This document shows, one piece after another, positions 17,743-26,624 of a DNA stretch of 64,000 nt (positions within the stretch are counted from its first letter, which is position 1; each line of letters starts with the position of its first letter). The notes beneath the pieces are model-generated. The model was not told the DNA's origin. It did no database searches and was given only the letters and a program-made list of their open reading frames with translations. A program made the position numbers and the translations under genes. The stretch covers positions 4,332 through 68,331 of the forward strand of contig JAFGVU010000123.1 of the NCBI GenBank assembly GCA_016937855.1. Reading direction: 5' to 3'. The stretch is from Bacteroidales bacterium (GTDB taxonomy: Bacteria; Bacteroidota; Bacteroidia; Bacteroidales; ML635J-15).

Positions 17743-19661
17743 TTTATGAAGTTTCAATAGGAGCGATAATAATCTTTATTGGATTTGTCGCATTGGTATT
17801 AGGTTTGTCGTTTTATTTTGCCAGAAAAACGAAAACAGCAAATAGTTATTATGCAGCCGGTGGTACAATTCACTGGGGTGTAAACGGAATTGCTTTTGCA
17901 GGAGACTATTTGTCAGCTGCATCTTTTTTAGGTATTTGCGGTATGATTGCTTATGCCGGATATGATGGATTCCTATACTCAATTGGTTATCTCGCAGGTT
18001 GGGTTGTCGCTTTATTTGTTGTTGCAGAGCCATTAAAAAGGATGGGAAAATTTACATTTACTGATGCTCTTGACAGTAAGTTTAATTCAAAAGGGATTAA
18101 ATTGACAGCTGCTATCAGTACTTTGATAGTCTCATTGTTTTATTTGATTCCTCAAATGGTTGGTGCCGGCGATTTGGTTGTTCCACTACTTGGTTTACCA
18201 CATTGGGTTGGGGTAGTTATCGTTGGTTCGATTGTTATTTTAATTGTTGCAACTGCTGGAATGACTTCCACAACTTATGTGCAATTCCTTAAAGGAGGCT
18301 TGTTGATTATTACAACTGTTGTTCTTACTGTACTTATCTTAAATAAAGGTTTGGAGAAAAGTCCTTACGATGGTTATCATCAATTTAATTCAATCGAAGC
18401 ATCTTTTGATGCAGAGTCTGGTAAACTTGTTTTAAATGACCCAACCCAAGGAGAGGTTATTTATGTTACCGAAGGCGCTGCCGGAAAAGAAAGATTCGCA
18501 AAAATGCTTTACAACGATTATGAGAGATGGTTTAGATTAGTTGAAAAAGATGGTTCTATTATTCTTGAAGAATCTTTGTCTGTTACAGATGCTGCCGGTG
18601 GTGAAAAGTTATATAATGGAGCCGAAAAAGAAGCACGTCAGTTTTATCAAGTAGGACACATGTATCGAATTGTTTCCGAAGGGCAAGAAGTTGAGTCAAC
18701 AGGAAGTTTAAATCCATTTAATTTCTTAACAAAACTCGAAGATAGCGATATTATTATTTATACAAAAGCAAAAATTGTAGATGGTAAAGATAACGTAACT
18801 GTTTATTATCCTAAGCTTGTTCCGGGTAAAAATATTATGAAACCGGGTATGATTTTTAAGTTGGCTAATGGAACAGGTTGGGATAAGCTAAACTTTATTT
18901 CTTTAATGTTGGCACTTTTCCTTGGTACTTCTGCATTGCCTCACGTACTTATCAGATATTACACAGTCCCTAGCCAGAGAGCTGCGAGAAAGTCAACTAT
19001 TGTTGCTATTGCAGCAATCGGGTTTTTCTATATTATGACTCTTTATCTTGGTTTAGGTGCAATGATTAATGGTGTTAACGATGTTGCAAGTAGTAATATG
19101 TCGGGTCCATTATTAGCAAAATCATTTGGAGTTGGGATTTTCTCACTAATCTCTGCTATCGCATTTGCAACCGTACTCGGAACTGTATCAGGTTTAATAG
19201 TTGCATCATCAGGGGCAATAGCGCACGACTTTATCGATAATTACTTAAATAAGCAAATGTCCGATAAAGTTAAAGTTAGAGCAGGGAAAATTGCAGCCTT
19301 TGCAGTTGGTCTAGTTGCTATCCTTTTAGGAATTCTATTTAAAGGAATGAACGTATCTTTCCTTGTAGGTTTGGCCTTTGCAGTAGCAGCATCGGCAAAT
19401 TTACCAGCTATTATTATGATAATTTTCTGGAAAAAGACAACTAGTAAAGGTGTTTCTTCATCAATTATAACTGGTATTTTGTCGTCGATAATTTTGATTT
19501 TATTATCACCATCAATGTACGAAAGATATGGAATGCTTAAGACAGATGCTGTTTGGCCATTGGATAATCCGGGTATAGTGTCTATTCCTTTAGCATTTAT
19601 TGTATTGGTAGTAGTTTCTCTGCTAACTAAGAAAAAAGAAACTGTAGAAACAGTAAACTAA
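17739..19661 (+). CDS. Sodium:solute symporter family, cation/acetate symporter (ActP)-like, with large hydrophilic insert
   Basis: ActP-like N-terminal blocks (YYAAGGTIHWGVNGIAFAGDYLSAASFLGI...GYDGFLYSIGYLAGW) and PHVLIRYYT. Residues about 202-383 contain no hydrophobic segment. Confidence 0.9.
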   Translation: MIYEVSIGAIIIFIGFVALVLGLSFYFARKTKTANSYYAAGGTIHWGVNGIAFAGDYLSAASFLGICGMIAYAGYDGFLYSIGYLAGWVVALFVVAEPLKRMGKFTFTDALDSKFNSKGIKLTAAISTLIVSLFYLIPQMVGAGDLVVPLLGLPHWVGVVIVGSIVILIVATAGMTSTTYVQFLKGGLLIITTVVLTVLILNKGLEKSPYDGYHQFNSIEASFDAESGKLVLNDPTQGEVIYVTEGAAGKERFAKMLYNDYERWFRLVEKDGSIILEESLSVTDAAGGEKLYNGAEKEARQFYQVGHMYRIVSEGQEVESTGSLNPFNFLTKLEDSDIIIYTKAKIVDGKDNVTVYYPKLVPGKNIMKPGMIFKLANGTGWDKLNFISLMLALFLGTSALPHVLIRYYTVPSQRAARKSTIVAIAAIGFFYIMTLYLGLGAMINGVNDVASSNMSGPLLAKSFGVGIFSLISAIAFATVLGTVSGLIVASSGAIAHDFIDNYLNKQMSDKVKVRAGKIAAFAVGLVAILLGILFKGMNVSFLVGLAFAVAASANLPAIIMIIFWKKTTSKGVSSSIITGILSSIILILLSPSMYERYGMLKTDAVWPLDNPGIVSIPLAFIVLVVVSLLTKKKETVETVN

Positions 19662-19702
19662 TAGTTAATCAACCATCATCAAACGAACTAACTATGATTC
19701 GT

Positions 19703-19729
19703 GCCGGGCAGAAATGTCCGGCTTTTTTT
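19703..19729 (+). terminator. Rho-independent terminator
   Basis: GCCGGGCA / TGTCCGGC stem (one G-U pair), GAAA loop, T7 run. Overlaps the stop of the convergent minus-strand gene. Confidence 0.8.
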
Positions 19730-21755
19730 ATTTTTCTGTAATAAAGAACTCTGTTCTTCTGTTTTTCGATCTTCCGTATTCGGTTTCGTTTGATGCTATT
19801 GGTTTGTCGGGGCCATATCCTCTATATTTTAATCTTGAGTTTTCAATTCCATTTGAAATTAGATAGTCGTAAACCGATTGGGCTCTTTTATTTGATAAGT
19901 TAATATTCGTTTGATAACTTCCTGTATTATCGGTATGACCTCTAATTTCAATTTTTACTTTAGGATTATCGTTAAGAAATTCGATAAACCCATCAAGTAC
20001 TGCGAGGCTTTTACTATCGATTGTATATGAGGCTGTTGCATAATAAATGTCTTTTAGCTCAACAGATTTACCTACTTCGATAGGTTTAACTTCAAAGTTT
20101 ATTTCGACAGGTTGCTCAAAAGTTTCCTCGTCTGGTTCAATAAGTGCCGAAGTAAAAGAGTAGTCTTCTTTTTTTACAACCATTAGATAATCATCATCTT
20201 TTTTATCTTCTTCTACTGTAACAGCGACAGCATAATTGCCGGTTTCAGAGTCAACCATACCTTCGCTAACTTCTTGAGTTCTAATATTTCTAACTTCCAT
20301 TTTTGCTTCGGTAAGTGCTTCTCCCTGATCATCAATAAGTTGACCTTTTACCAAAAATACCTTTTCGGGACGAGCCTCGGGATATAGCTCAAATGAATAA
20401 ATGTCCCAACCGCCTTCACCTTTTAGGTCGTTTGAGGCGAAATATGCCTTAGTCCCCTGTGTGTTGACAATAAATCCCAAGTCGTTTCTTTTTGTATTTA
20501 TTGGGTAGCCAATATTCACAGGTCTCGACCATTCATTTTCGCGATATTTAGAAAATAATATGTCTAATCCTCCAATACCTAAATGACCATCAGATGAAAA
20601 GTAAAGGGTTTGACTGTCTGAGTGAATGAAAGGAGATTTTTCATTTCCTGTTGTATTAATTATAGTCCCAAGATTAACAGGATTACCCCAAGAACCATCT
20701 TCTGTTTTTTTTGTGAAATAAATATCAGAGGTTGGATTGTTAGGGTCAAATCCAATGTTAGATTCGCGTATGCTGGCAAAATATAGTGTTTTACCGTCAG
20801 ATGAAATGCTTGGTTGTGACTCCCAAGTCTTGAGTCCATTTATATTTGCTCCAATACTCCTAAGTTCATTCCAGCTTCCGTTATTAGAGCGCGTTGTGTA
20901 AAAGATGTCGCAGTTGTCGTAATCTGAACTTATGGGTTTACATATTGTAACAAACATTGTATTATTATCGATTGTAATAGATGACGCTCCTTGATTTAAT
21001 CCTGCATTAAAAGGATAGGGGAGTGCTTCAATTTCTTTAAATTTTATACCAGTTTTATCGACAGCTGTTGCCATTGTGTATTCTTCTGTATATTTTGGTC
21101 CATAAATGCTGGTTACATCATCTTTCATATATCTGTGCGTGAAAAATGCCATAGAACCATCAGGTGAAATTATGGGCAAATACTCATCGTTATTTGTCGA
21201 AATGCCCTCAACAATAACAGGGTCGAATGGAACAGGATTGTGAGTTAATTTCAAAAATTGGTCAATATAGTTTAAAGTGTTTTCAGCATCTGCATAGAAT
21301 TTAGAGTTTCTATCTGAGTTTTTAATAAATGTTTGCAAATATTTTCTTGAGTTTTCAAAATCATCTTCGCTAAAGAAAATCTTTCCCAATTTATAATTTG
21401 TTTCATAGTTTTGAAATGAAGGACAGCTAGAAGTTATCCTTTCCAAAGATTTGATGTATTTCCCAAAGTATAAATCTTGTGATTTTCTATCCTGAGCGAG
21501 TTTATATCTTGAATAGTTTATCTCAGCAATCGCGACCCATGCTTCTGTAAAATCTGACTCTTGTTCTAAAATTTTAGCAAATTCTAATTCGGCTTCGTCT
21601 AACTTGCCTGCTATTAAAAGTTCAACCGCCTTGTCATATTTCTTTATTAACTTCTTATCATCAATTTCATTGCAAAATTCATTAGAATATTGCCCAAAAC
21701 AAAGGCTCGAAAGCGAAATAAACAATAGTATTAATATGTATAATTTCTTTTGCAT
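19728..21755 (-). CDS. TPR / PD40 (TolB-like beta-propeller) / OmpA-domain outer-membrane protein
   Basis: Signal peptide, TPR-like N-terminus, repeated PD40-type motifs (PIISPDGSMAFFT, PSISSDGKTLYFAS, SPFIHSDSQTLYFSS). C-terminal OmpA domain (IRGHTDNTGS...NLSNKRAQSV...NRRTEF). Confidence 0.85.
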   Translation of the reverse strand: MQKKLYILILLFISLSSLCFGQYSNEFCNEIDDKKLIKKYDKAVELLIAGKLDEAELEFAKILEQESDFTEAWVAIAEINYSRYKLAQDRKSQDLYFGKYIKSLERITSSCPSFQNYETNYKLGKIFFSEDDFENSRKYLQTFIKNSDRNSKFYADAENTLNYIDQFLKLTHNPVPFDPVIVEGISTNNDEYLPIISPDGSMAFFTHRYMKDDVTSIYGPKYTEEYTMATAVDKTGIKFKEIEALPYPFNAGLNQGASSITIDNNTMFVTICKPISSDYDNCDIFYTTRSNNGSWNELRSIGANINGLKTWESQPSISSDGKTLYFASIRESNIGFDPNNPTSDIYFTKKTEDGSWGNPVNLGTIINTTGNEKSPFIHSDSQTLYFSSDGHLGIGGLDILFSKYRENEWSRPVNIGYPINTKRNDLGFIVNTQGTKAYFASNDLKGEGGWDIYSFELYPEARPEKVFLVKGQLIDDQGEALTEAKMEVRNIRTQEVSEGMVDSETGNYAVAVTVEEDKKDDDYLMVVKKEDYSFTSALIEPDEETFEQPVEINFEVKPIEVGKSVELKDIYYATASYTIDSKSLAVLDGFIEFLNDNPKVKIEIRGHTDNTGSYQTNINLSNKRAQSVYDYLISNGIENSRLKYRGYGPDKPIASNETEYGRSKNRRTEFFITEK

Positions 21756-21772
21756 TTTTTTTAAGACATTGG

Positions 21773-21780
21773 CAAAGATA
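21773..21780 (-). promoter_or_regulatory. Bacteroidota-type -7 promoter box (TATCTTTG on minus strand)
   Basis: Exact TAnnTTTG match 17 nt upstream of the ATG at 21755. Confidence 0.55.
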
Positions 21781-21943
21781 TTCTAAAAATATTTAAACCT
21801 TTATTACAACGTAAAAATAATTGTTAAATTATTTTTTAATCAATAAATATGCCTAAAAATTATCTGAACTATTTTGTTAATCATGTTAAATTTAGTGTTA
21901 TAATCTAATTAATTATTGCTTTATTTGTAACATAAATATACAG

Positions 21944-22558
21944 ATGCCACGAGCAAGAAAAAATATTTGGAGAACATTTAATATTTACTACCGGTATTCT
22001 CGCAAATCGGGTTTACTTTCTTTTTTATTTTCTAATTTTATTAAGGTTGCTCTAATAATCGGGTTGGTGATTCTTGCTGTTTGGATTCTCAACACTTTTA
22101 TTATTAAGGTAAGTGAAATACCCGATTATCTTATCGAAAACTTTAGAACTGAGGTTGTTTTATTGTTTTTTGTTTTTACAGAAAGTGTTTTAGGTTTGAT
22201 TCCTCCCGATTTTTTTATTTTGTGGGTTAGTGAGATGGATAATTTCTATTTATGGGTAGGTTTTCTTGGTGTTTTATCCTACATTGGTGGTTTTATAGCG
22301 TATTATATCGGGTATGGAATTAGTCTTTTGCCTCGTTGGCGAAAACGATTGTTAAAGTTTTACGCTAATCATCTTGATAAAATAAAAAAATGGGGTGCAG
22401 TTTTTATAATTTTGGCTGCTTTATTTCCTCTGCCTTATGCTACTGTTTGTACTTTAGCCGGAATTTTAAAATATCCTGTTTCTCGATTGACATTTATTGG
22501 TTTATTTAGGATTGCCAGATTCTTTATATATGCTCCTATTGTAATAGGTGTTACATAA
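21944..22558 (+). CDS. YqaA/DedA-like (VTT-domain) membrane protein
   Basis: 204 aa with multiple TM segments. The pattern LGLIPPDFFILW ... ALFPLPYATVCTLAGILKYP resembles YqaA/DedA proteins. Assignment is tentative. Confidence 0.55.
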   Translation: MPRARKNIWRTFNIYYRYSRKSGLLSFLFSNFIKVALIIGLVILAVWILNTFIIKVSEIPDYLIENFRTEVVLLFFVFTESVLGLIPPDFFILWVSEMDNFYLWVGFLGVLSYIGGFIAYYIGYGISLLPRWRKRLLKFYANHLDKIKKWGAVFIILAALFPLPYATVCTLAGILKYPVSRLTFIGLFRIARFFIYAPIVIGVT

Positions 22559-23411
22559 AAAACGAGATAATTGTCAATACTCCTAAAACCGTTGATGCAA
22601 TTCCATTTGTTGTTCCAAAGGCAATATTTACTTTTGAAATGTCGTTTGGTTTGACAATTATATGTTGGTAAATTAGCAAAACATTGAAAATAAACACTCC
22701 AATCCATTGTAATATGGCAGCGTCCATTATCGCTCCCCAAAATATAAGAAGTATAGTTGTGAAAAAGTGTAAAACTGCCGAAATGATTAGAGCGTTTTTT
22801 GCACCAAATGCTGCCGGAATCGAGAATAATCCATTTTCTTTGTCAAATTTCTCATCTTGCAAAGCATAAATAATATCAAAACCGGCTGTCCAGAAAAGCA
22901 CACTGAAAGATAACAGAATTACAGAAATACTTAGAGTGCCCGTAACAGCTATATAAGCTCCTGCCGGTGCAATAGCAAGTGCTAATCCTAGAAATATATG
23001 CGATAAAAATGTAAATCGTTTGGTGTATGAATATGCTAAAAGTACAAACAGTGCTATTGGCGATAAAATTAAGGTAGTAGTGTTAATAAAGGATGATGCC
23101 GCTATAAATAAAGCAGAATTAATTATTGTAAAAGTCAAGGCATTGTTTGCTGAGATTGCCTTTGCAGGAATTTCTCTATTACTTGTGCGTGGATTTTGCC
23201 CATCTATTACTCTGTCCGAATATCTGTTAAAAGCCATTGCACTGTTTCGTGCGAAAATCATGCAAAGAACCACTAAACCCAAAACTTGCCAGTTAAATGT
23301 ATATTTATCCTCTTGAGTTGCCATAAAAAATGCTGTAATAGCAAAAGGCATAGCAAAAATCGTATGACTGAATTTAACTAATGATAGATATGATTTTATT
23401 CTAATTTTCAT
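22551..23411 (-). CDS. UbiA-family polyprenyltransferase (4-hydroxybenzoate polyprenyltransferase-related)
   Basis: Polytopic membrane protein with the UbiA Asp-rich motifs (ARNSAMAFNRYSDRVIDGQNPRT; YALQDEKFDKENG). The 3' end overlaps the convergent gene by 8 nt. Confidence 0.85.
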   Translation of the reverse strand: MKIRIKSYLSLVKFSHTIFAMPFAITAFFMATQEDKYTFNWQVLGLVVLCMIFARNSAMAFNRYSDRVIDGQNPRTSNREIPAKAISANNALTFTIINSALFIAASSFINTTTLILSPIALFVLLAYSYTKRFTFLSHIFLGLALAIAPAGAYIAVTGTLSISVILLSFSVLFWTAGFDIIYALQDEKFDKENGLFSIPAAFGAKNALIISAVLHFFTTILLIFWGAIMDAAILQWIGVFIFNVLLIYQHIIVKPNDISKVNIAFGTTNGIASTVLGVLTIISFFM

Positions 23412-23462
23412 CTAATATGTTTTCAAAAATCCACAAAATCCTTTTGTTTGCGAACAATATTG

Positions 23463-23470
23463 CAAATTTA
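23463..23470 (-). promoter_or_regulatory. Candidate -7 promoter box (TAAATTTG on minus strand)
   Basis: TAnnTTTG match 52 nt upstream of the ATG at 23411. Confidence 0.4.
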
Positions 23471-23611
23471 TTAATAATTTAATATGTCTAAAATTTATTT
23501 TACCTGTAATATAATAATTTTGTATATAATTTGTTTAAAAAATAATTGGAATTAATACTACATTTTATTTTATTTTACGTTTAATAATACAAAGACAGTA
23601 AGTATCGAAAG

Positions 23612-25927
23612 GTGAAAAATATCATAGTAATATCATTTGTAAGTCTTCTTGGAGTTTTATTCTCGTTTACTTCGCATTCTCAAACTGTTGGGCTTGTTCT
23701 AAGTGGTGGAGGATCCAAAGGATTAGCTCATATCGGAGTAATCAGAGCGCTTGAGGAAAACAATATCCCGATTGATTACGTTGCCGGAACTTCCATAGGT
23801 GCAATTGTTGGGGGACTCTATGCTATTGGTCTGAGTCCTGATGAGATGGAAGAAATGTTTAGAGACCCCAGATTTCTCAATTATTATAAAGGACAAATTC
23901 CTGATGAGCAGTTTTATTATTTTAAAAAGTCCTCTCCTGATGCATCTGCATTTAGTCTCGGTTTTGCGAAAATTGACAGTAGTATAAATCTAGTATTGCC
24001 AACAAATATTGTAGCAACACAGCCAATGGATTTCGGAATAATGGAGTACTTCTCCCAATATACTGCAGCTTCAAATAGTGATTTTGATAATTTGTTTGTC
24101 CCTTATCGATGTGTCGCATCCGATGTTTATAATTCACGAGAAGTAGTTTTTAAAGGTGGAGATTTAGGCCAATCCATCAGAGCATCTATGACTTTTCCGT
24201 TTTATTTTAAACCGGTAATGATTGATAGTGTGCTTTTTTTTGATGGCGGGATCTTTAATAATTTTCCAATAGATGTTATGAGAAATGAGTTTTCTCCCGA
24301 TGTTATGATTGGAGTTAGTGTGACTAGTTACTCCGAGAAACCAAATCCTGACGATTTAATGCTGCAGGTTGAAAACCTTATAATGGGTGCTAAAAAAGAG
24401 TATGAAGTACCTGCTGACGAGGGAATAACGCTCGTTATTGATTTTTCAAATGTTAGTTTGCTCGATTTTCATCGACTTGATGAATTTTCTCAAAAAGGAT
24501 ATGACGAATGTCTTTTAATTATGGACAGTATCAAAAGTAGGATAAGTCGAAGTATGCCAATCGAGGATGTTGAAAAAAGAAGAGAGGAATACAGAAATAA
24601 GATTCCTGTTTTTAAAATAGATCAACTTTTTGTAGAGGGAATTGATAAAAGGTCGAAGGATTATATTCTAAAATCATTCAAAGGGAAAAAAGAGAAATTA
24701 ACTGTTCGCCAATTCGAATCGGAATATTATAAATTGATTCAGGATTATCAGGTAGAGGCTGCTACTCCTATAGCAAAATATAATGATTCGACCGGGTTTT
24801 TTGATGTTACTCTTCAAATTAAGAAAGAGAAACGGGCAAATGTTTTGTTTGGAGCTGGTTTATCAACAGGCTATTCAAATACTGGTTTTGTAGGATTTAA
24901 TTATAAAATTCTGGACAAAATGTCTTATTTGTTTAATTCAAATATTTATTTTGGTCGCTTATACAGCTCTTTACACCTTTCCGGAAGAGTCGATTTCCCG
25001 TTTCAGATACCTTTAGCAATGGAGGTTTCGGCAAATGCTAATCGGTTTGATTTCTTTAAAGGAAATTCTCGTTTATTTTCACTCGATTTTCGTCCACCGT
25101 ATCTAGTGCAATCGGATAATAATACCCGAATAGATCTTTTTACTCCTATTTCACGAATGTCTATTGCTAAAATAGGATATAGCGGGGTATATCAGTCCTA
25201 TGATTATTTTCAAATCAGCAACTTTCTCCAAAATGATACTGCTGATTTTACATCTTTTGCTTTTAATACTGTCCATTTTAGTTTAATACGGAATAATCAT
25301 AATTTTCTCGACTATGCAAACAAAGGAGGCAGGAGCCTAATAAGTTTTAGATATGTCAGGGGAAAAGAGAGAAATATTCCTGGTTCAACAACTTTACTTA
25401 CTAACGAATATGAAGTTAGTCATAGTTGGTTGCAGTTTAATGCTCTGTCAGATTCATATTCAAGAATTAGTAAACACTTGGTTTTGGGTTTTTATGCAGA
25501 ATTGATGATCACCACCAAACCTTTGTTTAGAAATTACACTTCAAGCGTACTTTCTGCTCCGGCATTTACTCCAACACCACATAGTAGAACATTGTTTTTG
25601 CCTAATTACCATGCAAACTCTTATGCCGCAATTGGTTTAAAACCTGTTTACATATTATCAGACAGGTTAAATGTACGGTTCGAGGCGTATGTATTTGCCC
25701 CATTTGAGAAAATACTAAAAGAGGAACCTTACGATCAGGTATATATGCCTTATTATAGTGAGAGATTTGCCTATATTCATCTAATGGGATCGGCAGGATT
25801 AGTTTATCATACCCCATTGGGACCAGTGGCATTTTCGGTGAATTATTATGACACCGACTCGCGCTCAACTTATTTTATGCTGCATTTTGGATATGTAGTA
25901 TTTAATAAACGAGGTATGGATATTTGA
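23612..25927 (+). CDS. Patatin-like phospholipase fused to POTRA-like and Omp85-like beta-barrel region
   Basis: GTG start and signal peptide. Patatin motifs GGGSKG (oxyanion), GTSIGA (G-x-S-x-G), FFDGGIFNNFP (catalytic Asp). POTRA-like FKIDQLFVEGIDKRSKDYILKSF. Long C-terminal region of alternating beta pattern ending ...HFGYVVF. Confidence 0.85.
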   Translation: MKNIIVISFVSLLGVLFSFTSHSQTVGLVLSGGGSKGLAHIGVIRALEENNIPIDYVAGTSIGAIVGGLYAIGLSPDEMEEMFRDPRFLNYYKGQIPDEQFYYFKKSSPDASAFSLGFAKIDSSINLVLPTNIVATQPMDFGIMEYFSQYTAASNSDFDNLFVPYRCVASDVYNSREVVFKGGDLGQSIRASMTFPFYFKPVMIDSVLFFDGGIFNNFPIDVMRNEFSPDVMIGVSVTSYSEKPNPDDLMLQVENLIMGAKKEYEVPADEGITLVIDFSNVSLLDFHRLDEFSQKGYDECLLIMDSIKSRISRSMPIEDVEKRREEYRNKIPVFKIDQLFVEGIDKRSKDYILKSFKGKKEKLTVRQFESEYYKLIQDYQVEAATPIAKYNDSTGFFDVTLQIKKEKRANVLFGAGLSTGYSNTGFVGFNYKILDKMSYLFNSNIYFGRLYSSLHLSGRVDFPFQIPLAMEVSANANRFDFFKGNSRLFSLDFRPPYLVQSDNNTRIDLFTPISRMSIAKIGYSGVYQSYDYFQISNFLQNDTADFTSFAFNTVHFSLIRNNHNFLDYANKGGRSLISFRYVRGKERNIPGSTTLLTNEYEVSHSWLQFNALSDSYSRISKHLVLGFYAELMITTKPLFRNYTSSVLSAPAFTPTPHSRTLFLPNYHANSYAAIGLKPVYILSDRLNVRFEAYVFAPFEKILKEEPYDQVYMPYYSERFAYIHLMGSAGLVYHTPLGPVAFSVNYYDTDSRSTYFMLHFGYVVFNKRGMDI

Positions 25928-25984
25928 GCCACATTTTGCCAAAATAAACCATTTTCTGATTATCTTTGACAAAACTTTATATTG

Positions 25985-26623
25985 ATGAGAAAATATTTTG
26001 CATTACTGCTCGCTTTTGTCGCATTTACTATCAGTTCATGCTCAATTGGTAAGAGATTAGATAATACAGCATGGATATATGTTGATACTTCAGGTTTTTC
26101 CGATTCATATTCAACTTCTTCTGACAAATATCTTGATGAATCGGCGGGAGATATTTATTTGTCTGAATTTCTTGACGAATTAAAAAGTAGTCTTTCTGCC
26201 TACAATATTGAAGTTATTTCTGCCGGGACTACGCATCAGGATAATAGCTCAATATATTATATAGAAATCAAGCGTTTGGAATTTGTTGAGGATTATGAAA
26301 CAGAGTCGGTATATATGGATAGCGCCGATTATGAACCAACAACGTTTAATGTTGTTTCATGTGAAGTCAGCGCAAAGTCAATACTTTATATGCTTGATAA
26401 GGGTGGACATAAGGTACATGTGAAGGATTATAATAAGACAGTTGGAAAGGATGAAAAGCTTAGTAATAACAGAACATTTTGGCAGATAATTTTTGGAGCA
26501 AATAAAGATAACTCTCAATACACTTATAAAGAATTGGGTGAGGATGTCTTTATAGATTTGTCAAGAAAAGCAGCTCGCCAAACAAGCGCTGGCATTTCGA
26601 GACAGTTAAATAAAATACAGTAA
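25985..26623 (+). CDS. Hypothetical lipoprotein
   Basis: MRKYFALLLAFVAFTISSCS signal plus lipobox. The ATG at 25985 is preferred to the TTG at 25982. No motif recognised. Confidence 0.6.
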   Translation: MRKYFALLLAFVAFTISSCSIGKRLDNTAWIYVDTSGFSDSYSTSSDKYLDESAGDIYLSEFLDELKSSLSAYNIEVISAGTTHQDNSSIYYIEIKRLEFVEDYETESVYMDSADYEPTTFNVVSCEVSAKSILYMLDKGGHKVHVKDYNKTVGKDEKLSNNRTFWQIIFGANKDNSQYTYKELGEDVFIDLSRKAARQTSAGISRQLNKIQ

Positions 26624-26624
26624 T

